A DNA stretch of 54,984 bases, taken from the IMG/VR virus record IMGVR_UViG_3300048016_000081, positions 1-54,984 of that record. One strand, written 5' to 3'. The notes under the pieces are model-generated. The model had not been told where the DNA came from. It saw only the letters and a program-made list of their open reading frames with translations, and did no database searches. The stretch is from a virus (taxonomy: Duplodnaviria; Caudoviricetes). Below are positions 10,019-19,365 of the stretch, one piece after another. How positions within the stretch are numbered: position 1 is the stretch's first letter; each line of letters opens with the position of its first letter. The position numbers were made by a program, and so were the translations under genes.

Positions 10019-10665
10019 CCGCCGTTTCATACGAAGTCTTCTTGCCCGAGGTCATGCCGTACGTTCAAGACGTGCCAGAAGTCGTGGCTGTACAGGCCAT
10101 CCGCAATGCTTGCATCCAGTTTTGTGAAGAGACGCACTACCTACAGGAAAGCCTCGACCCCATTGCTGGGCAAGAGAATGTGGGTGAGTACGACTTAGAT
10201 GCCAACGACTCCAACTACAAAGTAGTGGAGATCATGCAGGCGTACTATGGCGACCAGCTTTTGATTCCTAAGGCTCAAGAAGAGCTGAACCAGATTTATC
10301 GTACATCGAACTGGGAAACCCTTAAGGGTAATCCCTATTATTACTTTCGCCCCCGTTCCGGCGTGATTCGTCTGGTCACAAAGCCAGTCATTACTGAGCA
10401 GAACAAGCTGAAGGTGAAGGCAGCGATTGCTCCTAAGCGTTCATCGACCACAGTTGACGAAGAACTGTTCGAGCGCTTCCTTGAGTACATCGCGCATGGC
10501 GCACGCGCCCGCCTGTACAACACACCAAACCAGCCGTACTACGACCCAAGAACCGCGATGGAGTACACCAAGCGCTTCAACGATGATATGGCTGAAGTCC
10601 GCACTCGCGTGTACAAGGGCTTGACCCGTGCAGCCGCACGAATTGAATTCCAGAGGTTCGCATGA
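10015..10665 (+). CDS. Adaptor / tail tubular protein A-like
   Basis: AIRNACIQFCEET, YDL, IAHGARARL; position. Confidence 0.65.
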   Translation: MTAVSYEVFLPEVMPYVQDVPEVVAVQAIRNACIQFCEETHYLQESLDPIAGQENVGEYDLDANDSNYKVVEIMQAYYGDQLLIPKAQEELNQIYRTSNWETLKGNPYYYFRPRSGVIRLVTKPVITEQNKLKVKAAIAPKRSSTTVDEELFERFLEYIAHGARARLYNTPNQPYYDPRTAMEYTKRFNDDMAEVRTRVYKGLTRAAARIEFQRFA

Positions 10666-10994
10666 GTGAAAAGATTAAACTCGTACAAAACGACACCCGC
10701 CCTGCACTGGTGTGCAATCTAACGGACAACACCACTGAGCTTCCTGTAAACATTACAGGGGCTACGGTCGTGATGAAGTTTCGCGCTGCTGGCGCTACTA
10801 CGCTGCAAGCTACGGTGCCCGGTACTGTGACTGACGGTGTGAATGGCCAAGTGACCTTCTACCCAGCTTCTGCTCCTGAGATGCTTCAGGGGGCTGCGGG
10901 TGACTATGAAGGCGAGATTGAAGTCACGTTCTCTGATACCCAGATTCAGACTGTGTACGACGTACTCAAGTTTCGCCTCCGCGAGGACTTCTAA
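10662..10994 (+). CDS. Ig-like tail protein (BppU N-terminal-like)
   Basis: LVQNDT...NITGATV...GDYEGEIEVTF. Confidence 0.6.
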   Translation: MSEKIKLVQNDTRPALVCNLTDNTTELPVNITGATVVMKFRAAGATTLQATVPGTVTDGVNGQVTFYPASAPEMLQGAAGDYEGEIEVTFSDTQIQTVYDVLKFRLREDF

Positions 10995-11647
10995 TGGCTG
11001 ATCGGTCGCTACGTGCCAGTGTCACGCTAGTTGATCTCCGTGCTGCTACTACTCATGTGGTTCCAGTCGCTGAGGTTGATTATGTGCTGCTGGCCGTGTC
11101 GGCTTCTATGGACACTTCAGGGCGCTATCGGTATCTGACTGACGCGTTTACCGTAGTAGACGGAATGAGCTTCTCGCTCTCCAAGAGCCTTAGTGACTCG
11201 TTTAGCGTAGCGGATACGGCTCCTACGTTTGTCGTTGGGAAAGCGCTTGCAGATTCTGTCTCGTTCACTGAGCTGTTCAGCGCGATTTTGATCTTTTTGC
11301 GCGACTTCACTGATACACAGGCTTTCTCCGATACGAGTAGCTGGGCAGTGGCTAAACCATTGACGGATACAGTTGGCTTCTCCGATGCCAGATCGTTTGT
11401 CTTGACCCGCACGTTTACCGACGGGTTTGCCATGAACGACTCGTTCGACCTTGGCGACGGAGCGGTGTATTCGTTTACCAAAGCAATCAACAACGTAGTC
11501 TTCCTAAGCGACTCGTTTTCGCAGATAATCACTAAGACCGTGGCTGATTCAGTCACTATGTCTGACAGCGGTTTAGGGAGCATGCAGAGCTACTGCGACA
11601 TCACTTATTTTGCTGAAGACTACGTCGGCATCAGTTTCACGTTTTAA
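10994..11647 (+). CDS. Tail-associated protein with repeated K-x-L-x-D...S-D units
   Basis: KSLSDSFSVAD, KALADSVSFTE, KPLTDTVGFSD, KTVADSVTMSD. Confidence 0.65.
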   Translation: MADRSLRASVTLVDLRAATTHVVPVAEVDYVLLAVSASMDTSGRYRYLTDAFTVVDGMSFSLSKSLSDSFSVADTAPTFVVGKALADSVSFTELFSAILIFLRDFTDTQAFSDTSSWAVAKPLTDTVGFSDARSFVLTRTFTDGFAMNDSFDLGDGAVYSFTKAINNVVFLSDSFSQIITKTVADSVTMSDSGLGSMQSYCDITYFAEDYVGISFTF

Positions 11648-11657
11648 GGAGTAGGAA

Positions 11658-12104
11658 ATGAACCTGCAAGAGCACGTTAAATTCACTGGCGACGTTAGCG
11701 TTGTCTTATATAACCCAGCCACAGGCGAAGTCAAAGACCGCCGCGAGATTAAGAACCTCGTTGTGACCGCTGGTAAGAACTATATTGCGTCTCGCATGGT
11801 TGGCACCGCAGCTACCGTGATGAGCCACATGGCCCTTGGAGCAGGAACTACAGCAGCTGCTGTTGGTGATACTGCCCTCGGTTCCGAACTCGGTCGAGTT
11901 GCACTTGCAACTGGTACTGCTTCAGGCGCTGTTGTGACTTATACCGCTACGTTTGGCGCAGGTACAGCTACTGGTGCAGTGACCGAAGCCGGTGTGTTGA
12001 ACGCCGCCAGTGCAGGCACTTTACTGTGCCGCACCGTGTTTGCTGTGGTGAACAAAGGCGCTAACGACGCAATGGCCATCACATGGGCGATCACCGCTAG
12101 CTAA
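11658..12104 (+). CDS. Tail fibre-associated structural protein
   Basis: KNLVVTAG, MALGAG...DTAL..ELGR, VTEAGVLNA motifs. Confidence 0.7.
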   Translation: MNLQEHVKFTGDVSVVLYNPATGEVKDRREIKNLVVTAGKNYIASRMVGTAATVMSHMALGAGTTAAAVGDTALGSELGRVALATGTASGAVVTYTATFGAGTATGAVTEAGVLNAASAGTLLCRTVFAVVNKGANDAMAITWAITAS

Positions 12105-12115
12105 GGAGTTAGCTA

Positions 12116-13048
12116 ATGTCAACCATCGTAACCCGCGCTGGCAAAGGCACTCCGCTGACCAATGCGGAGGTCGATGCGAACTTCTTAAACCTGAATACAG
12201 ACAAGCTGGAGCTTTCTGGTGGCACGTTGACGGGGTTCTTGACTCTGCATGCCGCCCCTACAGCTAGCCTTCATGCGGCTAGTAAGGGCTATGTGGATGG
12301 AGTGGTCCCTACCCAGACCGGCAACTCCGGCAAGTTTTTAACCACGAACGGCACAGCCCTGTCTTGGGGTACGGTTGACCTAACACCGTATCTAGCCAAG
12401 TCTGGCGGGACAATGACGGGGGCAATCACGTTTGCCGCAGGGCAGACATGGCCTACGTTCAACCAGAACACCACTGGTACAGCCGCTGGTTTATCAGCGA
12501 CTCTTGCTATTGCTTCAGGTGGTACAGGAGCTACATCAGCTGCTACTGCTTTGACTAACTTGGGGGCGCAAGCCACGCTGGTTAGCGCTACAAACATCAA
12601 GACTGTCAATGGTAACTCGTTGCTTGGGGCAGGAAACATTGCGGTGTCTGCTTCCCCCGGCGGGGCTAACACTCAAGTGCAGTACAACTCTGGAGGCGCT
12701 TTTGCTGGCTCTGCCAACATGACGTTTGATGGGGCTAGTTTGACCGTAGCTGGCAACGTAACAGCCAACTCAGACGAGACCTTGAAGATTAACTGGCGCG
12801 ACCTTCCAACCGACTTTATTGACCATTTAGCTAATGTGAAGCACGGTACTTATGACCGTACTGATATGCCACTCACGCAAGATGGCGTCTCTGCGCAGTC
12901 ACTCCGCAAATTGTTGGAGAACTCTGTCCTTGAAGACGAGGACGGAAAACTGTCTGTAGCGTATGGCAATGCCGCTTTGGTGTCCGCCATCCAACTGGCC
13001 AAACGCCTTGTAGCCCTAGAAGCTATTGTGGCAAAATTGGTCGACTAA
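12116..13048 (+). CDS. Tail fibre with C-terminal intramolecular chaperone (peptidase S74-like)
   Basis: LTNAEVDANF N-terminus, GGTLTG/GGTMTG fibre repeats, SDETLK cleavage motif, GVSAQ, terminal coiled coil. Confidence 0.8.
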   Translation: MSTIVTRAGKGTPLTNAEVDANFLNLNTDKLELSGGTLTGFLTLHAAPTASLHAASKGYVDGVVPTQTGNSGKFLTTNGTALSWGTVDLTPYLAKSGGTMTGAITFAAGQTWPTFNQNTTGTAAGLSATLAIASGGTGATSAATALTNLGAQATLVSATNIKTVNGNSLLGAGNIAVSASPGGANTQVQYNSGGAFAGSANMTFDGASLTVAGNVTANSDETLKINWRDLPTDFIDHLANVKHGTYDRTDMPLTQDGVSAQSLRKLLENSVLEDEDGKLSVAYGNAALVSAIQLAKRLVALEAIVAKLVD

Positions 13049-13059
13049 AAGGAAACATC

Positions 13060-13419
13060 ATGATTGGCCGCCTACTCGCACTGTTGTTCCTAGGACGTGA
13101 GCTAGCTCACCGTGAACACCTGCGAACAAAATCTTATTCCCAGCATATGGCGCTCAACACGTTCTATGACGAGATTGTTGGGATTGCTGACTCAATCGCT
13201 GAGGCGTATCAAGGCCGTAATGGAATCATTGATAGCATCCCCATGCTGACAGAAACTTCGGGCGGGGACATTGTCTCTGTGTTGGAGAAGCAACTGGCCG
13301 CCATTGAGAAACTGCGCTACACCGCTGTGAGTAAAGATGAAACGTCAATTCAGAACTTGATTGACGAGGCCGTAGCCTTGTACCTCAGCACGCTGTACAA
13401 GCTCAAGAACTTAAAGTAA
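13060..13419 (+). CDS. Ferritin/Dps-like four-helix protein (DUF5856-like)
   Basis: HREHLRTKSYSQHMALNTFYD...DSIAEAYQG...NLIDE...TLYKL. Confidence 0.7.
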   Translation: MIGRLLALLFLGRELAHREHLRTKSYSQHMALNTFYDEIVGIADSIAEAYQGRNGIIDSIPMLTETSGGDIVSVLEKQLAAIEKLRYTAVSKDETSIQNLIDEAVALYLSTLYKLKNLK

Positions 13420-13428
13420 GAGGCCGAC

Positions 13429-14049
13429 ATGCCAGCATTATTTTCAAACAACGCATCGGCTACGCTAGCGTCGTCAATTTCGACTTCAGTAACGTCAATT
13501 ACTGTTTCAACAGGACAAGGTGCGCTGTTCCCTACTATTACGGCAGATACGTATTTCTACGCTACGCTGACAGACTCGAGCAACAATCTTGAGATTGTTA
13601 AAGTCACTGGCCGCACTTCAGACACATTGACTGTGGTTCGTGCCCAAGAGGGTACAACCGCTCGCGCCTACGCTGCCGCTAGCAAAATTGAGTTGCGTAT
13701 TACGGCTGCCGTGTTAACTAATCTTGTCCAGCTCGATGGTGCACAGACGCTCACGGGGGTAAAGACATTCTCATCCGGGCTTGTCGGAGCACTGACTGGC
13801 AACGTAACTGGCAACGTAACTGGCAACGTAACTGGTAATGTGACTGGTAATGTGACTGGAAACGTCACTGGCAACGTAACTGGCTCATCGGGTTCTTGTA
13901 CAGGCAACTCTGCAACAGCTACGAACGCTACCAATTTGGCAACCACTGACTGGGTAATCTCCCAAGTCGGTACAGCCCTAGTCTTTAAATATAATGGCAC
14001 CACAGTCGCTCAGATCGACAGCACTGGTGTCATCACATCAATGCCATAA
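13429..14049 (+). CDS. Short tail fibre / spike protein
   Basis: EIVKVT...LTVVRAQEGT N-terminal domain; (TGNV)7 repeat. Confidence 0.75.
   Translation: MPALFSNNASATLASSISTSVTSITVSTGQGALFPTITADTYFYATLTDSSNNLEIVKVTGRTSDTLTVVRAQEGTTARAYAAASKIELRITAAVLTNLVQLDGAQTLTGVKTFSSGLVGALTGNVTGNVTGNVTGNVTGNVTGNVTGNVTGSSGSCTGNSATATNATNLATTDWVISQVGTALVFKYNGTTVAQIDSTGVITSMP
13795..13883 (+). repeat. 12-bp tandem repeat, about 7 copies, encoding TGNV
   Basis: actggcaacgta x3 then synonymous variants. Confidence 0.9.
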
Positions 14050-14061
14050 GGAGAAAATTAA

Positions 14062-14451
14062 ATGCCATCAAGTCTTAATGGAACAGGTTTAACTTTTAAC
14101 AGTGGGCAAACGCTTAACAGCCCTCCTGTCACGTCTATTGCAACAGGCAACGGTTTGCAAGGCGGTACGATTACGACCACAGGAACTTTGTCGATTGCTG
14201 CGCCGAGCTATAACAGCGTTGGCTCCTATATTCTAGGAGCTATATACGCATCTTCCGTTACCACAGGGGGGAGTTATGCGGCTGGAAGCGGAGCCAATCA
14301 GGTGCAAGCAGGTACTTTTGCGTTTAGTGCGTGTGGATTTCCCTATTTTAGCGGTTTCTCAGTTAATTTGTCAGGGACGTGGCGGTTGATGGGGGGGAGT
14401 ACCTCTAGCCCTTCAGGGCTAGTTGCAGGTTTGTTTGTCAGAATTGCGTAA
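14062..14451 (+). CDS. Tail fibre tip-like protein
   Basis: VGSY...LSGTWRLMG...LFVRIA, typical fibre C-terminal pattern. Confidence 0.7.
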   Translation: MPSSLNGTGLTFNSGQTLNSPPVTSIATGNGLQGGTITTTGTLSIAAPSYNSVGSYILGAIYASSVTTGGSYAAGSGANQVQAGTFAFSACGFPYFSGFSVNLSGTWRLMGGSTSSPSGLVAGLFVRIA

Positions 14452-14463
14452 TGAAGGATAAAA

Positions 14464-14709
14464 ATGTTAATTATTGAAACCGCGTCAAACCCTTGTTGGA
14501 ATGATGCCAACAAAACCAGTATTCAATTAACTGTGAAATTCACGGAGTTTGAAGAAATTTTGCCGTTTACAGCCACGCCCAACGACTCAATGCCATACGG
14601 TGTTGAACTGTATAACCGCGCGGTAGCGGGTGAATTTGGGGAAGTCGCGCCTTATGTTGCGCCGCCTGAAGTCACTCAACCAACAACTCAAGGCGCGCAG
14701 ACTTTGTAA
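14464..14709 (+). CDS. Tail fibre assembly chaperone-like protein
   Basis: PFTATPND..YG.ELY..AVAGEFGEVAPY; follows fibre tip gene. Confidence 0.7.
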   Translation: MLIIETASNPCWNDANKTSIQLTVKFTEFEEILPFTATPNDSMPYGVELYNRAVAGEFGEVAPYVAPPEVTQPTTQGAQTL

Positions 14710-14987
14710 TGCAAGCCGTAACCCCTGTTCACCAAGTCGCCTATGACGGTGCAACTTTGAATGTGTATCACGCAAACAAAGGGCAGGGGTTGCCACGTCA
14801 CCAACACGTTTATGCGCATCTGACAATGGTTCACGCAGGCTCATGTCTAGTCACCAAAGAGGGCAAGTCCCTCACAATGACCAAAGACACACAGCCTGTG
14901 AACCTCACGGCGAACGAGTGGCATGAGATTGAAGCGCTTGAAGATGGCACAGTGTTTGTGAATGTGTTCGCCGAAGGTAAGATGTAG
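14709..14987 (+). CDS. Cupin-domain protein
   Basis: LPRHQHVYAHLTMVHAGS...WHEIEALEDGTVF. Confidence 0.85.
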   Translation: MQAVTPVHQVAYDGATLNVYHANKGQGLPRHQHVYAHLTMVHAGSCLVTKEGKSLTMTKDTQPVNLTANEWHEIEALEDGTVFVNVFAEGKM

Positions 14988-14989
14988 AT

Positions 14990-15727
14990 GTGGACCCAAT
15001 CAGTCTTCTACTCATGGCACAAAGCGCAGTCGGTGCTATCCGCGCTGGTTGTCAAATGCTATCTGAAGGCAAAGCAGAGCTTGGCAAGTTTAAAAAGCAA
15101 GTCGAAGGTGGAGTCGCTGACGCCAAAGCCATCTTCAACGAAGTCACCGGCATCTGGGGGTGGTTATCCGGCCTCTTCGGCGCAGCCCCTAAGCCAAGCG
15201 TTAAGCAACTACCTGAGCCACGTTCAGGTGGAGAGCAACCCAAGCCCGTCGCCAAAGCCCAAAAGAAAACCCCCGAGCCAGAGCTTAGCTACGAAGAGTT
15301 CCAAGCCCGCGCCGTCCACGAAATTTGTGAGAACCTCAAAATCTATTTCGAAGCAATCCGCCACCTCAAAGCCCACTGCCGCGAGCTCGAAGAAGAAGCT
15401 TTGACGACCGAGAAGGTTGCCGACAGTGCCATTGACCGTATTGAGATGCAGTGGCAGATGAAACAGTTGAACGCGCAGCTTAAGCAATCTATGATCTACG
15501 GCACGCCTGAGTCACTGGGTTTGGGTGCGATGTACCAAGAGTTCCTGCTGAAGTACAACGAGATTCTGGAAGAGCAAGATGTTGCTCGTGAGTTGAAACG
15601 CAAGAAAGAGCGAGACACGGCATGGCGACACGAGCACCGAGAGCGAATTCTGATAGCCAAGCTGGGGTACGTGATCGTGCTAACAGTAGCAGTTCTGTGG
15701 ATGACGGGGTTGTATTCCGCTCTATGA
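14990..15727 (+). CDS. Coiled-coil protein with C-terminal membrane anchor
   Basis: MDPISLL start, long helical region, C-terminal hydrophobic segment; lysis neighbourhood. Confidence 0.75.
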   Translation: MDPISLLLMAQSAVGAIRAGCQMLSEGKAELGKFKKQVEGGVADAKAIFNEVTGIWGWLSGLFGAAPKPSVKQLPEPRSGGEQPKPVAKAQKKTPEPELSYEEFQARAVHEICENLKIYFEAIRHLKAHCRELEEEALTTEKVADSAIDRIEMQWQMKQLNAQLKQSMIYGTPESLGLGAMYQEFLLKYNEILEEQDVARELKRKKERDTAWRHEHRERILIAKLGYVIVLTVAVLWMTGLYSAL

Positions 15728-15897
15728 AGGAATTTTATTGGTGGGTTTTGATTGTCACGTTCTTGCTTGTGTTGCTTGGGTTCTCTGCCGCTCTTGCGTT
15801 ATATGCAGATCGAACGGTACGCAAGGCTGAGGTAATTCTGCAACGTGCTGAGCAGGTTGAGAAGAAACAAAAACTGTTTAAAGAGAAGGAAGAATAA
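15724..15897 (+). CDS. Small N-terminally membrane-anchored protein (57 aa)
   Basis: ATGA coupling; hydrophobic WWVLIVTFLLVLLGFSAALALY then charged helix. Confidence 0.7.
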   Translation: MKEFYWWVLIVTFLLVLLGFSAALALYADRTVRKAEVILQRAEQVEKKQKLFKEKEE

Positions 15898-16379
15898 TGT
15901 TACCAATCATCGCAGGCATCGTGGCCAACCTCATTAACAACGGGATGCACAAGGTAGCCGACGAGGTTATCGAGAAGGGCGTTGACGCCGTCCAAGCAAA
16001 GCTGGGCATTGAGCTCAAGCCTGAAGGCGAAGCCACACCCGAGTACAACGCCAAGCTACAAGAAGAGGCTAACCGCCACAGTGAGTTCATGGCGCAGCTC
16101 GATGAGAAGTCTACCCAACGCGCAACGGATATGTATATGGCTGACCCCAGTACTCGCGCCTTTACTCAACACTACGCTTGGTTCTTGACCTTCGTGTCGT
16201 TCCTGTATTTCTTCTTGGTGTCATTCATGCCGATTGACAACCACAACCGCGACTTCATCAACATCATCTTAGGTTTCCTGATTGGCACAGCAGTGAACTC
16301 GCTCATCCGTTTCTTTTACGGTAGCAGCAACAAGAGCCAAGAGGACGTCGACAAGAAGCAGAAGGACCAACAGCCATGA
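15897..16379 (+). CDS. Probable holin
   Basis: Hydrophobic N-terminus and two TM segments ending FFYGSS; directly upstream of endolysin. Confidence 0.7.
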   Translation: MLPIIAGIVANLINNGMHKVADEVIEKGVDAVQAKLGIELKPEGEATPEYNAKLQEEANRHSEFMAQLDEKSTQRATDMYMADPSTRAFTQHYAWFLTFVSFLYFFLVSFMPIDNHNRDFINIILGFLIGTAVNSLIRFFYGSSNKSQEDVDKKQKDQQP

Positions 16380-17032
16380 CACCAACCGTTGCTGATCTCC
16401 AAGCCGCCAAGATTAAGAACCCCGAGAAGTGGATTGACGCTGTAGTTGCCACTTGCCAAGAGTTCGAGATCAACATACCCCAGCGAATTGCTGGGTTCTT
16501 AGCCCAGACTTCACACGAGTCTGGTGGCTATACCATGCTGTCTGAGAACTTAAACTACCGCGCTGCTACGCTAGCTGCGTGCTGGCCCAACCGTTTTGCT
16601 GTGCTCGGCGCGGACAAGAAGCCCATTAAGAAAGACGGCAAGTTAGTACCCACCGCCGTGGCCAACTCCATAGCTGGTAAGCCAGAGCTCATTGCTAACT
16701 TGGTGTACAGCGCACGTATGGGCAACGGCCCTGCTGAGTCTGGTGAGGGGTGGAAGTTCCGTGGGCGTGGACTGAAACAATTAACTGGGAAAGATAACTA
16801 TGCGCGTTGTGGAGCCGCTTTGGGCGTTGATCTTGTGGGCAATCCTGATCTACTTCTTGAACCTATGTATGCCGCCAGAAGTGCAGGATGGTTTTGGCAC
16901 GCGAACGCCCTATCCGTATTCGCAGACGCGGGCGATATCAAGGGTATGACCAAGAAGATCAACGGCGGCTACATTGGTCTTGAGGCCCGTCAGGCTCTGT
17001 ACGATGCGTGCTATGGTCAATGCCGAGCATAG
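16376..17032 (+). CDS. Endolysin, glycoside hydrolase family 19
   Basis: FLAQTSHESGG, ENLNY, FRGRGLKQLTGKDNY, SAGWFW, TKKINGG. Confidence 0.93.
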   Translation: MTPTVADLQAAKIKNPEKWIDAVVATCQEFEINIPQRIAGFLAQTSHESGGYTMLSENLNYRAATLAACWPNRFAVLGADKKPIKKDGKLVPTAVANSIAGKPELIANLVYSARMGNGPAESGEGWKFRGRGLKQLTGKDNYARCGAALGVDLVGNPDLLLEPMYAARSAGWFWHANALSVFADAGDIKGMTKKINGGYIGLEARQALYDACYGQCRA

Positions 17033-17071
17033 GCTCTACAATAAGGCTCCCCTAACTCTTTGGAGAACAAA

Positions 17072-17302
17072 ATGGCTTTAAGCTTTGAGAAATTTATGGA
17101 AATGTCCGGTGCTGATCTGTGTGCAGGCAACATCATTGTTGGCATGATGGGCGACCGCAAGAAGGTTGGTTCGTTGGGCGACGATGGCGTATTCAATTTG
17201 AACGACGATGGTAAGGCACTGGCTGAAGAGCTGGAAGCTGCACCTGCCGCTAAGGCAACACGCACTAAAAAAACTGACGCACCTGCTGAAGCTGCCGAGT
17301 AA
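17072..17302 (+). CDS. Hypothetical protein (start moved to ATG 17072)
   Basis: GGAG at 17062; candidate promoter TGGTCA-17 nt-TACAAT just upstream. Confidence 0.7.
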   Translation: MALSFEKFMEMSGADLCAGNIIVGMMGDRKKVGSLGDDGVFNLNDDGKALAEELEAAPAAKATRTKKTDAPAEAAE

Positions 17303-17317
17303 TCGTAAGGGGGCGAC

Positions 17318-19156
17318 ATGCCATATTTGAAGCTAGAAGGTTTCTCGGGTATCTCGCCCCGTACGGGTCCGGCCCTGCTCCAGCCTAATCAGGCTCAGGT
17401 TGCCAAGAACGTCAAACTCCAATCGGGAGAGCTGCGCCCATGGCGTAAGTCTGTTCTCACATATCAGCCCGGTTTGCCCGATGTGCGCTCTATCTATCGG
17501 ATGGAGAACACCGTAACAGGCGGCACCGCATGGCTTGAGTTTGACAAAGACACAGACGTTGTGCCCGGCCCTGTCGCCGACACTACTGAGGTGCGGGTGT
17601 TCTATACAGATGGTGTAGCCCCAAAAAAGACAAACTGGAATTTGGCCACTACGAGTGGTACAGGTACCAAACCATTCCCGAACGCTTCATTAAACATGGG
17701 GGTTCCAAGCCCTACTGCTGCTCCTACACTGGTTAAATCAGGTGGCTCAGGTACTGTCCATGAAGATCGTGCCTACGTGTACACGTACATCAGCACCTTT
17801 GGCTCTGTGCTTGAGGAATCTGCTCCTAGCCCTGCGGCAACCATCCTTACAGTAGAGCCAAATGCCACTGTAACAGTGAGCGCGTTTAGCACTGCACCGA
17901 CTACGGCTGCGGGGTATAACATCACGGCCATTCGTATCTATCGGTCAGTCACTAGTGCTACCAGCGCAGTCTATCTGTATGTGGGCACAGTTACTGTGAA
18001 TCCTGCTACCGGTGCAGCCTCAGGTTCTTTTTCAGATACCGTGCTTGCTGCCAATCTTGGCGTGGCACTTCCTTCGCTGTACTACACTCCCCCGCCTGCA
18101 ACGCTGCATGGCTTGATCGCCCTGCCCAACGGTATCTTTGCGGGCTTCACTGGTAACCAAGTGTGGTTCTCTGAGCCGTACCTGCCGCACGCGTGGCCTG
18201 TTGCATACATGATGACTGTGGGAGCTCCCATCGTGGGACTCGGCGTATTCGGGCAAACCCTTGTTGTTTGTACGACACAGAATCCGTACCTCCTTACAGG
18301 CTCCCAGCCCGGTGCAATGTCTCAGGAGAAGATTCCGCTCCCAGAGCCGTGCGTAGCCAAGAAGTCAATCACGTCTGACCAGTTCGGTGTGCTGTACGCT
18401 AGCCCTAACGGTTTGGTGTCTATCGCCCCCGGTACACAAGATGTCATTAGCCGTGCTTTGTTCACTCGCGATGAGTGGCAAGCGTATGTGCCTACCAGCA
18501 TGGTTGGCGTGATTTATCAGAACATGTACATTGCGTTCTATCAGGTCGGCCAGACGAAAGCTGCGCTAATTCTGATGCGTGGGGACACACCGCCGCTAGT
18601 AACACTAGATGTGGCATCACAGGCTGTCTTTGTGGCTACTTCAACCGCAGAGGTGTACTACGTATCCCCAGTGGACAACGCCATATACGAGCTCGATGCA
18701 GACCCAGTTAACAACACGTACTACGAGTGGTTGTCAAAGACGTTCATCTTGTCTGAGCCTACGAACTTTGCAATCGCCAAGGTCCAAGCTGACTGGGGGT
18801 ATATCTCTGACACAGTAGCGTACAACGAGTTGGTAGCATCAATCACTGCATCTAACCAAGCCCTGTGGACAGCTGGTACCCCGCTTCAGAGCACGATCAA
18901 CAGTGTGACGCTCAACGGCATGCAGGTCAACGGCAGCATCTTGGCCAATATTCCAACGCAAGCTGAGACTCGAGTGGTGCAGGCGTTTATCTATGCCAAC
19001 GAAGTTCTAGTGTCTGAGCACGGATTTACGGACCAAGAGCCAGAGCGCATGCCCGCAGGCAAAAAAGAATACATCTACGAAGTCAAGCTGACAGGTAACG
19101 CCCCGCTGCGTAAGTTCGCTATGGCTACTTCTATTGCTGAGCTCCGAGCCGTATGA
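17318..19156 (+). CDS. Tail nozzle / tail tubular protein B-like
   Basis: F.GISPR...AKNVKL.SG.LRP start, YVYTY...EESAPS, WFSEPYLPHAWP; beta-rich 612 aa. Confidence 0.75.
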   Translation: MPYLKLEGFSGISPRTGPALLQPNQAQVAKNVKLQSGELRPWRKSVLTYQPGLPDVRSIYRMENTVTGGTAWLEFDKDTDVVPGPVADTTEVRVFYTDGVAPKKTNWNLATTSGTGTKPFPNASLNMGVPSPTAAPTLVKSGGSGTVHEDRAYVYTYISTFGSVLEESAPSPAATILTVEPNATVTVSAFSTAPTTAAGYNITAIRIYRSVTSATSAVYLYVGTVTVNPATGAASGSFSDTVLAANLGVALPSLYYTPPPATLHGLIALPNGIFAGFTGNQVWFSEPYLPHAWPVAYMMTVGAPIVGLGVFGQTLVVCTTQNPYLLTGSQPGAMSQEKIPLPEPCVAKKSITSDQFGVLYASPNGLVSIAPGTQDVISRALFTRDEWQAYVPTSMVGVIYQNMYIAFYQVGQTKAALILMRGDTPPLVTLDVASQAVFVATSTAEVYYVSPVDNAIYELDADPVNNTYYEWLSKTFILSEPTNFAIAKVQADWGYISDTVAYNELVASITASNQALWTAGTPLQSTINSVTLNGMQVNGSILANIPTQAETRVVQAFIYANEVLVSEHGFTDQEPERMPAGKKEYIYEVKLTGNAPLRKFAMATSIAELRAV

Positions 19157-19356
19157 GAAAGCCGGCCATCCCCCCAACCAGCATGCTGCCACTCGATATC
19201 GCTCGAGTGATGGAGCCATTGAAGCAGAACGTGGAGTTGATTACCGGCTCTCGCCCCGGCGCAGTATCTATCAGCCCTCTCCCCCCAACAGCAACATTGG
19301 CTGACTGCATCGCACAACTGAATTTAGTTCTTTCGCGTATCGAGCACTCAGGTTAA
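19153..19356 (+). CDS. Small hypothetical virion-module protein
   Basis: ATGA coupling; PLKQNVELITG. Confidence 0.7.
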   Translation: MRKPAIPPTSMLPLDIARVMEPLKQNVELITGSRPGAVSISPLPPTATLADCIAQLNLVLSRIEHSG

Positions 19357-19365
19357 ACTACGCGC

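Noticed and set aside
13795-13883. CRISPR array or diversity-generating retroelement repeat
   Set aside because: Contiguous in-frame coding repeat with no spacers; no reverse transcriptase or template/variable repeat pair seen
14988-15404. 138-aa alternative-frame ORF
   Set aside because: Ser/Lys/Pro-rich shadow of the 245-aa gene
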